Shown here in pieces: positions 36,017 through 46,748 of a stretch of DNA of 64,000 bases; within the stretch, counting starts at the first letter, position 1; each line of letters starts with the position of its first letter. Position numbers and translations under genes: made by a program. This DNA is from Branchiostoma lanceolatum (taxonomy: Eukaryota): positions 9,172,596 through 9,236,595 of the forward strand of contig NC_089740.1 of NCBI RefSeq assembly GCF_035083965.1, read 5' to 3'. The notes below the pieces were generated by a model, which was not told where the DNA came from, searched no databases, and worked only from the letters and a program-made list of their open reading frames with translations.

Positions 36017-37169
36017 GTTAGAACCTAGTGGCAATAGTTAAGAATAGAGTAGTCATATGTTATACTGTTCATTATTGTCTGTCTGTCCACACCGTGTTAC
36101 ATGTACATGTACTTGCAATTAGCCTACGGGCAGGAATTTGCAATAAACTTTCATTGTTTCGTGTGTAAACATTTAACATCTGAACAAACGGCAACGAAAA
36201 CATAACCTTCTTGGCCGGCAAATGTAAAAGAAATATACAAAATGTAACAGGATGCGTTTGCATGAAGACTTTAGCTACAAATGTAGGGCGCCGGCATTTT
36301 TGCGTTTACCGTTTGGAGATTGAAGTTAAGACTTTAGGCTACTAATTCAACTGTGTGATCATACGTTAGCAATAGCTTATTCCAGTGAGATCATTTGGTA
36401 ATATGGTTTAATATACGCACACAACCCAATTCTAATACATAACGTCAACGTTCAGTATCGTTGTCATGCAAGAGTTATTGTTATTAAATTGGTACAAAGA
36501 ACGTTAATACACAGTGATGTACAGAACTGATTTGATAAACTGCATTCACGTCACAATGAAATTATATTTTCTGTGATCTATTTCCTTTACTGAGAGATCC
36601 CTGAAAACACGTTCAAAGAAGAATTATCGCCTAAATTGTTTGCTGCAACATTTGATTACCAAAGCGGATCAAATTTAGAATAACCTTTCGGAACATCAGT
36701 CAGTGACGTATTATTAATTATGGAACTATATTGATCGCCGCAAACTAACAACATAAGATAAACATATGGTCCTTTGATATGATCACGTTTCTAATAAGCT
36801 TTCAGAACTACATACGCATGTGTACTCTGCCTGTGGGCTGTGGAGAGAGGAAGCGGCGACAGCTTGTGCACCAGGGCCAATGAAGTATGGTATATGACCT
36901 GATTTAAAAACTAACGCACGCACTTTTAAGCAAATTCTAGTGTTCCCAAAGACGAAACATCAAAAGGAAGCAGATGTGGCATGGTGTATCATATCACTTG
37001 CCAAAGTCAGAATTGTTGAACAGAGGTCCTTGTAGCCTGGTCACCAGTCTCTATAGCTACGGGTCGAATAGAAGTATTTTCCTGGGCCCAGTCTGCTATA
37101 TTGACACGTTTCTGTTAGTGTCATAAAATAGCGATAATCGGTTCTATTCAGTGAACGAAGTTGACGGAA

Positions 37170-37814
37170 TCTACGGAGGAGAGCTGACCAAAGACTAACA
37201 GCAACGATGAGATATTTGAACGTTGAAAACGTAAACAACAGAGACGGGGGCGACATAGGTTATCTGGTACCCGCTGCTGTGGTAGTCGGTTTCATTTTGT
37301 GAACAAGGTTGATGGAGATAAGAGAGGAGAGCAGACCAAAGACTGGCAGCAACGATGATACATTTAAACGCTGATGAATCGTCCCCATTACTTTACAGCT
37401 AACAATATGTCTTAGAGCTGGTTATTCATAAACGCATGGATAGCCCATTAGGACCTTCGTCATCAGAGAAAAAAGCAGACCAAAGACTGGAAGCAATGAT
37501 GATACATTTGAACGATGAGACGGTCCCTTAAAACATCGTCATTCAGATTTCGTTAGCAGCCAATCACGAACAGCTTACCATGTGTCTTAGAGAAATTAGG
37601 ACCTTCGTCATCAGAAAGTAGAGCCGACGAAAGACTGGCAGCAATGTTTAGACATTTGAACGATGAGACGGTCCCTTATAAAACATCGCCATTCAGATTT
37701 GTTTCGTAGCCAATCACGAACAGCTTACTTTTCGTCTTAGAGCTGGTTGTTCGTAGACGTATAAATAGTGCATTAGGACCTTCGTCACCCGAAAACAGAA
37801 GACTGGCAGCAACG
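37170..37814 (+). repeat. Tandem array (about 145 bp unit, 4-5 copies) of promoter/5'-end-like modules ending in the real start of the prokineticin-like gene
   Basis: Units begin at about 37190, 37337, 37480, 37625 and 37797. Each has gac[c/g]aaagactgg[c/a]agcaa[c/t]gatgat, then a CCAAT motif (agccaatcacgaacagcttac) and a TATA-like motif (cccttaTAAAAcatcg). The last unit carries the ATGATG of exon 1. Confidence 0.65.
37700..37814 (+). promoter_or_regulatory. Core promoter of the prokineticin-like gene (CCAAT about 37710, TATAAATA 37760-37767)
   Basis: agCCAATcacgaa and acgTATAAATAgtg lie 50-105 bp upstream of the ATG at 37815. The same module recurs in the upstream tandem repeats. Confidence 0.4.
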
Positions 37815-37907
37815 ATGATGGTGGACCAAGCTTGGCGTGCGGCCGCGGCAACGATTCTTCTTACTCAGCTGGTTCTACAAGGATCGGGAGCTATCGTCAT
37901 GACTGGG
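37815..37907 (+). CDS. prokineticin/Bv8 (AVIT)-like peptide gene exon 1 (signal peptide plus AIVMTG)
   Basis: ATGATG at 37815 and TATAAATA at 37760. Translates MMVDQAWRAAAATILLTQLVLQGSG|AIVMTG, a hydrophobic signal peptide followed by an AVITGA-like motif. Donor GGG|gtaggt, phase 0. Confidence 0.55.
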
Positions 37908-39871
37908 GTAGGTTTGCGCTGTTTCATACACCACTCCCCAACTTCATCAATCATTCTCTTCGTCCCTAGAGTAATATTCAAAGCATAAATCCTAGTCTTT
38001 CACGGGATAAATTGTATTCCGCTACCTTTCTTACTCATACAATAATAACATCATCTTCGTTCCCAGTATAATATTCAAGGCAGTAAACCATATTTACTAG
38101 ACCAATAGTCTTGTTCCAAGTCTTTCTTGTCTCCCGTCACTCTGTTCTTGTTCATGTTGTATCAGGTGTGCGTCTCTTTTCCTTCCGGATCTAGGAAACC
38201 TTGTGTCAAAATGGTATCTAAAACATTTAGTCGACAAGCGATGCTTGTTATTGACGATATATCCTAGATGTGCATGTCATATATATATACAAGCGTAACA
38301 GCCTTGAATAGATCACGAATATCATTTCTTAAATTATGTATATTCTCGGATCGAAACGCCCCAATATGTTACACATAGAGAAGATTTGTAACATACAACA
38401 CATACAATACCGTCAATCAGTCTGTTGTTAGACCAAAAAATGTAATAAAATGATCTACTGAACAAGCAAGCAATCATATATGACACGTTTGAAATTTTCC
38501 TGGTCGTGGATTTGGTAAAGTGGTTCATTCACCATACAGTTGTTTACAATATGTTTGCCAACTTTCAATGGTACGGTTATCAGTAATTTCTCGTCAGGGT
38601 CTGTGTTTGCCCGATATTGAAATCTAGATGAAATATACTGAAATGGCCATTCAGTCTATGACATTTATTCATCAAAAATTCCCTACATTCCTTGTTCATT
38701 AGAAATTCTCAAAATTCTTTGTTATTTACAAATTCCTTGTGCCACATATTCATCTATTAGATGGGTTGGGTATACTCCAAGGCAATATGTCTTCACATGT
38801 GCCAACACGTTGATCCCATTGAACAGGATGCTTAAGTTAAGAAGTTATTGACTGTAAGGAGCCATTGACGTCTATCTGAACACCTCTTAAACATAATGGA
38901 CGTCAACAAAGTGCTGTTAATGCGAAGCCCATTGCGGCTGGAGTGGTCTTGTGTGAAGAAGCGTTAATGACTACAATCACTAACGTCCTACGCAAGGTCA
39001 TTATTGATGAACATAATTTCACGTTGCTCAAGAAGACGTGGGATTTTATAATCACCACTTTGATTGCAATTTACGACAATTTATGGCAATTTACGTCCAA
39101 TTCATATTCCAACACGTCATCGTTTCAATCCTCTATCTACATGATATTGTGACGCTTGGTTGAAATCACATTTACATCAATGTTTTTGCGTACGAGTACG
39201 GCGACGTAATTCTATTATTGTTCAAAAAAGGGCCTGCCTACCCCGAGGCATTACCTACAAACTTAGTAATACGATCTATTCATCTTTCCTTAATGTCATC
39301 TCCTACTCTGGTCAGAGTAATTCGAATACATTAAGACGCTTTGAAAATCTATAATGAAGCTCATGATTGAATCTATACCAAGTTATCTGAGAATTAACAG
39401 ACGTTTAAGATGACGTCCGGCGGCATCCTTATTCGGTGATCTAAGGAAACTGTTTTCATTCATATTTATAGAATATAGAACGCAGGACTCTTACTTATGT
39501 ACTGTATAGAAATGAATAAAAACTTCCAACAAGACATTCTTTTCTGGAAAATTGTAATGCATTTTGTAAACTTTGCTTTCGTTAATTCGAATACTCAACA
39601 AACTTTCAAGTAACGCCTTGGCCCTCTTAGAAAAATGACGCACTCACTTCAGTACCACGGGAAAGCAAGGGATTTTTTTTAGCCAGCGGTCACTACGGAG
39701 GCTGATACTCGTTGTTAGCAAGGGATTTGTTTTGAGCCAGCTGTCACTACGGAGGCTGGTACTCAGGCTATTTCAGTACTGGGTCAATGCAAATGACTTT
39801 ATACACGTTAAGATGTACTAGTATATCTATCAAGCCTCTTTATGATTTTATCATTTCTCACACCTATACAG

Positions 39872-40017
39872 GTGTGCCAAAATGATGTGGAGTGCATGGC
39901 AGGGCGAGGTGAAGGGTCATGCTGCGCTTCCTTCGTCAAATCCGGGATACTTTCAGGGATTCCTATCTGCAAACCGCCTGCAGGGGAAGGAGATGACTGT
40001 CACCTCATCCTTGAGGC
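39872..40017 (+). CDS. prokineticin/Bv8-like gene exon 2 (Cys 1-6)
   Basis: Acceptor cacctatacag|GTG and proposed donor GAGGC|gttagt, phase 2. Translates VCQNDVECMAGRGEGSCCASFVKSGILSGIPICKPPAGEGDDCHLILE (compare Bv8/PROK [36 protein letters not shown]). Lies in ORF 39842-40132. Confidence 0.7.
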
Positions 40018-40909
40018 GTTAGTTCTCCTTTTTCTGTTTGATATGCACTTGAACATATTAAAAACTATACATGTAGATGGGGTAAGAAGCAGGGTAAGAC
40101 TTTTTACGCCGAAGTGCGGTAATACGTTTTAGCTCCGTCTACATACTATGTTGTTGACATGCCGAGTGCTTTATTTATGTTTCCTTACACAAAATAAACA
40201 ACTAGATAAGATCTCTTACGTTTCAATAGACTTCAGAGCTGGTAGAAACAGTAAATTATCAAATTTGAAATTGTCTGACAGCTGGCTGAATTGAGGAGAC
40301 TATTAATTCACAGGGAGGAATTGCTTTTGTGTTAGTCTCTTTAACGGTCTGTGTTTTCGCAGTTATATGTTTTTTATATACTAGATACGTTCACCGTAGA
40401 GTGACAGGAAGTGACACATGTTATGTTGATCAAAACCTTATTTACATAATAAACGAACCACATTCAAACACAACGATAAGTATTGCTATCGAAACGATCT
40501 ACGATAAGTATTGCTATCGAAATATTTCACATATGAGAGTATGAAATATTTGAAAGGCCTGTATCAAAGTTGAATTACTAGTACAATTACCAGCAACACA
40601 AGTATTTGGACTTACCCAACTTATCGACTGATCAACCCAAGTCTTTATCAAGTGTCTCTACAATCCATTGTGATCTCTGTTATGTGACGTTATTGTATTT
40701 TCATTGGAATTGCAACAGTGCAATACACGTGGGACACAGGCAGCTATTGCTGGTGTCGTAACCTACACACATAGACGTTTTTTTACACTTGGCTGGAGTG
40801 GGAAAAGTCGACCTTATTGTGTCGGAGATTGCAGTTATCTTTAATACAGAAGACTTCTACCAACACAGATGGACTTTCAAGTGAAGTTGTTTGTGTTTTG
40901 TTTCCACAG

Positions 40910-41036
40910 CTTTGTCCCGTACCCGCACGACAGCCCGCGGTACTACTGGCAGTGTCCCTGCGGGCCGGGTTTGACCTGTCTGCCCGTCAAACGCGGGGAC
41001 GTCATCGGCAAATGCTGGAGGCCAAGACGTGGCTGA
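40910..41036 (+). CDS. prokineticin/Bv8-like gene exon 3 (Cys 7-10, stop)
   Basis: Acceptor tgttttgtttccacag|C, phase 2. Translates AFVPYPHDSPRYYWQCPCGPGLTCLPVKRGDVIGKCWRPRRG then TGA at 41034-41036 (compare PROK ..[22 protein letters not shown]..C). This frame is not in the ORF track because it is shorter than 60 aa. Confidence 0.65.
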
Positions 41037-41379
41037 CTTTAGCAACTTCTAATATCATTCGTAATGTAACAGGATCCAACTTTTGATTTTCCGACATAAC
41101 CAAATTTTCGACTAAACAGTACCATTGCTATTGTCCAAAAATGAGCAATCCACTGCTTTCACAAGATTACTTTATCAAGATTATTACAGTTTAACCTTGT
41201 CACATAATGAATAATTCTACAAACACAGATGGAATTTCAAGCCAAGATTTATCGTAGGTTTGAGACATTAGTAGTGCCATGTCTTCGATTAGCCATTACC
41301 CCAAACGCTGACATGAAAAATCCGTAGCTACAAATATGTGTCAAAGTGTGGGCAGCACTCAGCTTACAACATGGCGTAG

Positions 41380-42440
41380 GCATCGTAAGTGGACGATGGA
41401 TGATCTTTTACGACCTCTCTGACGTGCGTAATGTTTCAACACAATCTGTCCATATTCAACAGGACTGGTTGATTCTCGTTATTATCTGACCTTTACATTG
41501 TAACACACCAAGGCTAACATAAGACCTTTTGACGTAATGTTTTAACGGGTTCTGCCCCTTTTGTTCAGGTTCAGTTGATCTTTGTCACTATCTAACCTTA
41601 ATATTGTAACGTGCACCAAGGCTAACATTATTATTATTATTATTAAACGTATAATGACGTGTGGGCATAGACGATCGCAGTTATATCTCACGACTTTTTG
41701 ACGTACGCAATGTTTTAACAGGTTTTGTCTGGGCTAGTTTGATCTTCGTCATTATCTGACCTTATCATTGTAAAATGCATCAACGCTAACATCATTAGGT
41801 TCAGGACATACTGTGACATATTGCTATCAAGATGGTGCTTTGAATAAACTAAGATCTCTTGTTGACCCGCATTAGGTTTTATCAGATTCTGCCCATTCAT
41901 ATCAGGACTATTTGATCTTCGTCATTATCTGGCATAACCATGGTAAAATTCACCAATACCAACATCATTATCTCATCATATAGTCTTGACATTGCGCTAT
42001 CACCAAGAGGTCGAAAATGGACGATGTATGATCTTTTATGACCTTATTGACGTAGACAATGCATTAGCAGATTCCATCCATTTTTATCGGAACTGGGTGA
42101 TCTTAAGCTTCGTCATTATCTGACCTAACCTTTGTAAAATTCATCAATACCAACATTATTATCTCTGAGTCATCACATAGTGTGGGCATTGCACTTTTAC
42201 AAAGACGTCGAAAATGGACGATGTATGATCCTTTATGACCTCATTGACGTAGACGATACATTAGCAGATTCTTAAGGTTCATCATTATCTCATCATATAG
42301 TGTGGGCATTGCGCTATCACTAAGGTGTTGAAAATGGACGATCTTTCATGACCTCATGGACGTGGGAAATGCATTAGCAGATTCTATCCATCTTTGTCAA
42401 GACTAGTAGAGCTTCGTGATTATGTGGCATTGTAAAATAC
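41380..42440. repeat. Minisatellite/satellite-like tandem repeat (about 115 bp unit, about 9 copies) downstream of prokineticin-like gene
   Basis: Repeated units: ..gacct[c/t]..tgacgt[a/g][c/g][ag]caatg[tc]tt[ta]a[ac]a..t[ct]tg[tc]cc....ttgatct[tc]cgtcattatctgacct.a.c.ttgtaa[ac]a[tc][gt]ca[tc]caa[gt][gc]ctaacat[ct]att. Includes an (ATT)7 tract at 41628-41650. Confidence 0.65.
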
Positions 42441-43242
42441 ATTAACCTTGCCCTGCTTTCATAACTCGCTTGGTTCAAGAGCTAACGCTGATCGGTATGC
42501 TTATCGCAATGTTTATGTTATATTTTCAGATATAACGTCAGCCATCATGATTATGATAGTGGTTCGAAAAGTTATCCCAACACATGTAGTGTTCTTGTAT
42601 TCTGTGCAACATCCCCATTAACTTGATATGGGGCGTATCATCATCCTTCAAGCCAAGCGACATTTTTCGCACATCATTTAGATAGCCAGGGCTGTGTGAC
42701 AGCCTGCATGAACTATGGAAAGTCATCTATATAGAATAAAGTTAAATCCTGAATAATGAAATTGTCTGGCAAAGGCTTTTCTTTGTATTCATTTATTTGA
42801 AAACGAAATTTGATAGCTGCACAAATGCCGTCATAAGTGTTTGAAAGAACACCATCAGACTTCTCCTAGCATAATGCGTAGGTAAGTTGATCTACACGGC
42901 TCAATATAACAATAGAACCCTTAGATGAACCTCTTCATGGATACACATGGTTTTCTACGATCAGGTTATACAGCTAGGACTAGATTGATACTATGCTCTC
43001 TGTACACAGCCAATAACATTTACCTTCCAAAGTTTCTGTAATTCTTCCACAACCTTCCTCAAGGCAAAACTGAGTGGATCTACTGATAGGTGCAGAGGGA
43101 CTACCGAAACGATGGCAAGTGATATGTATTGGTCGTGTACTAAAATATTAATATCCATGCAGTGATCTACCAAACGGAAAGCACTATTCACAGATGTAGG
43201 ACTATTAATGAGTTGTAAGTAGCTAATGGTTCAACTACATGT

Positions 43243-43598
43243 TCAAGCGATGAGGGAGTATGCAATCATCATGGGTATCGCGAGAAACAGCGAGAAGAGG
43301 GACGAGATTTGAGAAGCGCCCCCTGTATATCCGTTCACCTCTGCCTCTGTGGTGTTGTGGCAGAAGTACCACATGTTCTCCACGTACTTTGTGAACTCTG
43401 AACCCTCGGGGTAGCCGTTGTTCCTGACCAGCTGTTTGAAGAAAACGGATGAAGCCTTCGGGTAGCGGGTGCGGGTGGGGTCGTTGAAGTCGACGTAGTG
43501 GAGACCGAATCGCTCGGAGTAGCCGGACAGCCACTCGAAGTTGTCCAGCAGGGACCAGGCGGTGTAGGCCTTCACCTTGACGTTGTCCACGTTGCTAG
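43243..43598 (-). CDS. GH1 copy 1 exon 10 (terminal; GPI-anchor-like tail; includes stop)
   Basis: Acceptor cactaccag|CT. Translates [118 protein letters not shown] then stop at 43243-43245. Lies in ORF 43243-43590. Confidence 0.85.
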
Positions 43599-44093
43599 CT
43601 GGTAGTGTAATGCAAAAACAACAATAGTTCCTTTGAAACTTTTTGATAATACTACATGCGGCAGACGGTACATTAGAAATAAAGTTTGGGAGTTAAAATA
43701 GTATATTATATCAACACAGCCAAAGCAAAACGTGCGAAATGTCTAAAAGAATCAAATTTTGCATGCATGTAGTTTAATGTATTCCAAAAAAATTATCTAA
43801 ATCTCTATTAAGATGCTTTCTGATGGTCAAAAGGAAACTCCCGCATAGATAAGATTTCAAAATATTTCAAATGATTTCATAGATGCCACTTATTGAAGAT
43901 GTAACACAATGCATTTGTACTTGTATCGAAGTTGCAGTATAAAGTATGTACATGCATCCTAATAGACCAATGATATGACACATGGTATTACAGGGCTTTC
44001 GTAAAGCATTTGTTCTATTCACAGTTGCTTTCTCTCTAAACCTAGCTCCTCAGATGATTACACTTAATTGAAAAGACGACTACGAACATGTAC

Positions 44094-44179
44094 CTTTCAT
44101 GACTTCATTGGTGTACATCATGTAGTAGCAGATCCTCTCCATATCCATCATGATGGCTGGGTCCTGGTCATGGTCAGAC
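44094..44179 (-). CDS. GH1 copy 1 exon 9
   Basis: Acceptor cactacag|G and donor GAAAG|gtacat. Translates RSDHDQDPAIMMDMERICYYMMYTNEVMK. Confidence 0.75.
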
Positions 44180-44649
44180 CTGTAGTGTGTCGTTGAAAAC
44201 ATACATTAAAACTCAATACGTATATCATCAAAGTCTGATTATAATGCAGTGTAAGGTATCAGGTTAAGGAATTGGCTCATGATTGGGGCTGCTTATACAT
44301 GTATGTATATATGTGATAGATTTTAGGAGGCGAAGAGTATCATTTCCATCCATATGGTTCTGGATCAACTTCTTGTCTACGCCGAATAACAGTTGCTCAA
44401 ACGTCTTGTCAATTTGGACGAACAATGCAAATTTGATTGCCTACCCTCCTTGAAGAGCTTGTACGGAAAGGCGTGCCCAAAGTAGAAACTGTCATAACAG
44501 GATACGTGGCATACTTAATTCAAAATTGTACCAAATACCAACATACAAATTCTGGCATGATACATCCACCACGGAGGTAAAAAGCTAAAGATTGAATTTC
44601 ACAATATGAAGGCTCCAAGTAGATCCTTGTTTTACGAAGAGCTGCTCAC

Positions 44650-44818
44650 CTTCCGTTTTCAGTGACGTAGATTTCCGGATCTCCGTACTCTTCCTTGATA
44701 AAGCCGAGGAGATTCCGGATTCCCCACGGAACGACGTACAGCCAGCTGGAGGCAGCACGCGGCCAGTCAGGCGCATGCCCAGTCCCCACATCTTTGTCTG
44801 TGTCGTAGTTGGGGTTTT
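44650..44818 (-). CDS. GH1 copy 1 exon 8 (nucleophile Glu in YVTENG)
   Basis: Acceptor tttgcacag|AA and donor GGAAG|gtgagc. Translates ENPNYDTDKDVGTGHAPDWPRAASSWLYVVPWGIRNLLGFIKEEYGDPEIYVTENG. Lies in ORF 44646-44840. Confidence 0.85.
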
Positions 44819-45108
44819 CTGTGCAAATGAAAAATGACAATCAAGAATCATGTTCACATTGAATATTGAAGGTTTTGTCCACACATAGCCTAGCCTAGGT
44901 GTTATCCTATTTCAGAGGAGCGAACTCTAACTGAAATAGACTGGCTTCTCACAACCCAGCGCCAACCTTAAATGGGAGTAGTGTAAAAGGTACTAAATGA
45001 ATTACTGGCTGGCTTAATGGCTCTCAACTGACAGGCCGACATGGTCTACGGGCTGAATGGATGAGCAGGCGAGCAGATGTATACCTCGATGACGCGTTTT
45101 TGACCTAC

Positions 45109-45268
45109 CTATTGGAGAACAGCAGGCGTCGGTCACCTCCACTGTGGTGTAGTGGTTCAGTCCGAAGAAGTCTCCGGTGCCGCTGATGGAGAGCTTCTGT
45201 TCCGGGGTGAACTCCGGGAGACGGGACGTGGTCCTCCCCTCCTCCTGAGCTTTCCTCGCCATCGTTGT
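45109..45268 (-). CDS. GH1 copy 1 exon 7
   Basis: Acceptor gcacgacatag|ACA and donor ATAG|gtaggt. Translates [53 protein letters not shown]. Lies in ORF 45014-45262. Confidence 0.8.
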
Positions 45269-45489
45269 CTATGTCGTGCAAAAAACACATTTGCCATAAA
45301 TACATTGTATTGAATGCTATTTGCAAGTAACATGAAAAAGACGAACAAATAACGAAGAACAGAAGCATCAACCACGAGAAAATAATGAGGCCGCTGCTTT
45401 AGACCGTTTTGGCAAAGACTAAAGCAGCCAACGTTTAAGATTTTAATATACAGGTACAAATTATTACAATTGATGAGAACATGTCGTAC

Positions 45490-45630
45490 CTTCATGACTT
45501 CCGGATAGTCGCCGTTCTTGTAGATCGGATGAGCGAACCAGCCCAGGAAGAACTGGACGTATCGGAGCGCTGCGTCAGCATCAGCCGGAGTCTTGGGTGT
45601 TCCCCAGTCACAGTTCAGGGTGATACCAAC
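45490..45630 (-). CDS. GH1 copy 1 exon 6
   Basis: Acceptor ctcttaag|GTT and donor ATGAAG|gtacga. Translates [47 protein letters not shown] (compare [28 protein letters not shown]). Lies within ORF 45157-46002. Confidence 0.85.
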
Positions 45631-45699
45631 CTTAAGAGGAAAACAGCACATACGTTCAGATAGTACAAGCGCATACAGAAAGCCACGAAGCAGTGTTCT

Positions 45700-45910
45700 G
45701 TGGGACATCTCTCTCTCTCTATCTCTCCCTCTCCCTCTCTCTCTCTCGCTCCCTCTCTCTCCCTCTCTTTCTCTCTTTTCTCTCTCCTCTCTCTTGCTTC
45801 TCTCTCTCTCGCTTCTCTCTCTCTCGCTTCTCTCTCTCTCGCTTCTCTCTCTCTCGCTTCTCTCTCGCTTCTCTCTCGCTTCTCTCTCTTTTCTCCCTCT
45901 CTTTCTCACT
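45700..45910. repeat. (CT)n / (CGCTTCTCTCTCTCT)n compound microsatellite in GH1 copy 1 intron 6
   Basis: ctctctctctatctctccctctccc...cgcttctctctctctcgcttctctctctct... It generates the spurious [10 protein letters not shown] and LSLSLS ORFs on both strands. Confidence 0.85.
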
Positions 45911-46075
45911 GTCTTCTCATCTCTCTTTTGATATATTAGATAGATAAACAGAGAGACTGGCATAGATAGCTTTGAATTTGGAGAGTAATAGACAAGGTAC
46001 AATATCTCCTTCTATGTTCACCAACAACCCCTATTCTATCAAAGGTGTGATATGTAGACAGCGATGGTATTTTAC

Positions 46076-46203
46076 CTGTCCACCCTGTGCGGCTCTGAAC
46101 TCGTCGTCGTATATGTGGTAGGCCTTGGCGTGAGACAGGATGATGTTATGGGCTGCTATGTACTGTCCTTCGGCCATGTCGTTATGCTGGGGGGCAAAGT
46201 TAC
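46076..46203 (-). CDS. GH1 copy 1 exon 5
   Basis: Acceptor gttctag|GT and donor GGACAG|gtaaaa. Translates GNFAPQHNDMAEGQYIAAHNIILSHAKAYHIYDDEFRAAQGGQ. Lies in ORF 46031-46225. Confidence 0.85.
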
Positions 46204-46324
46204 CTAGAACGACACAGCAAGACATTCAATAAAACACGTCAATCTACAAAGGTCTTTTCTAGAGTTCCTTAGTAGAAAATTATCTTTTTTTCATAAATAA
46301 AATATTGACACGACAGGATATCAT

Positions 46325-46409
46325 GACATTGCAGGTAGATACAAGTAGATAGATGGATAGATAGATAGATAGATAGATAGATAGACAGACAGATAGATAG
46401 ATAGATAGG

Positions 46410-46485
<76 letters not shown>

Positions 46486-46525
46486 CGGAGAGATAGACGG
46501 AGAGATAGACGGAGAAATAGACGGA
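46325..46525. repeat. (GATA)n microsatellite, about 45 units, GH1 copy 1 intron 4 (absent from copy 2)
   Basis: agatagatagatagatagacagacagatagatag... It generates the spurious [11 protein letters not shown] ORFs. Confidence 0.85.
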
Positions 46526-46582
46526 GAAATAATGGATACAATGCGATGTTATACGCATCTGAAAATAGATGAAAGTACCCAC

Positions 46583-46748
46583 CAATGCCATATCCGAGCC
46601 AGGCCGTGATCCAGGGTTCGTTGAATGTGATCCAGTACTTGACGCGATCCCCGAAGTTCTGGTAACAGAAGCGAGCGTAGTCTCCGAATAGATCGTGGAT
46701 CACGGTAGTGTTGGTGGTGTGGTTGTTGAGGAAGCCTCCGTACCTGTC
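46583..46748 (-). CDS. GH1 copy 1 exon 4 (acid/base catalytic Glu in TFNEP)
   Basis: Acceptor ttccag|GAC and donor ATTG|gtgggt. Translates [55 protein letters not shown]. Lies in ORF 46269-46703. Confidence 0.85.

Noticed and set aside
43235-43534. Alternate-frame ORFs inside the GH1 terminal exons ([28 protein letters not shown]...; also 52574-52873 and 61581-61928)
   Set aside because: They overlap the strongly homologous GH1 frame on the same strand and are out of frame. They have no homology support and are conserved only because the DNA is duplicated.
45157-46002. 281-aa minus-strand ORF with [15 protein letters not shown] repeats
   Set aside because: It is an artefact of reading through a (CT)n/(CGCTTCTCTCTCTCT)n microsatellite. 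Only the 47-codon segment VGITLN...EVMK (45490-45630) is genuine GH1 exon 6. The rest is intron.
46269-46703. 144-aa ORF with [11 protein letters not shown] and the overlapping 46280-46591 ORF
   Set aside because: The C-terminal part is a translation of the (GATA)n microsatellite. Only MIHDLF..GYGI (46583-46748) is exon 4.
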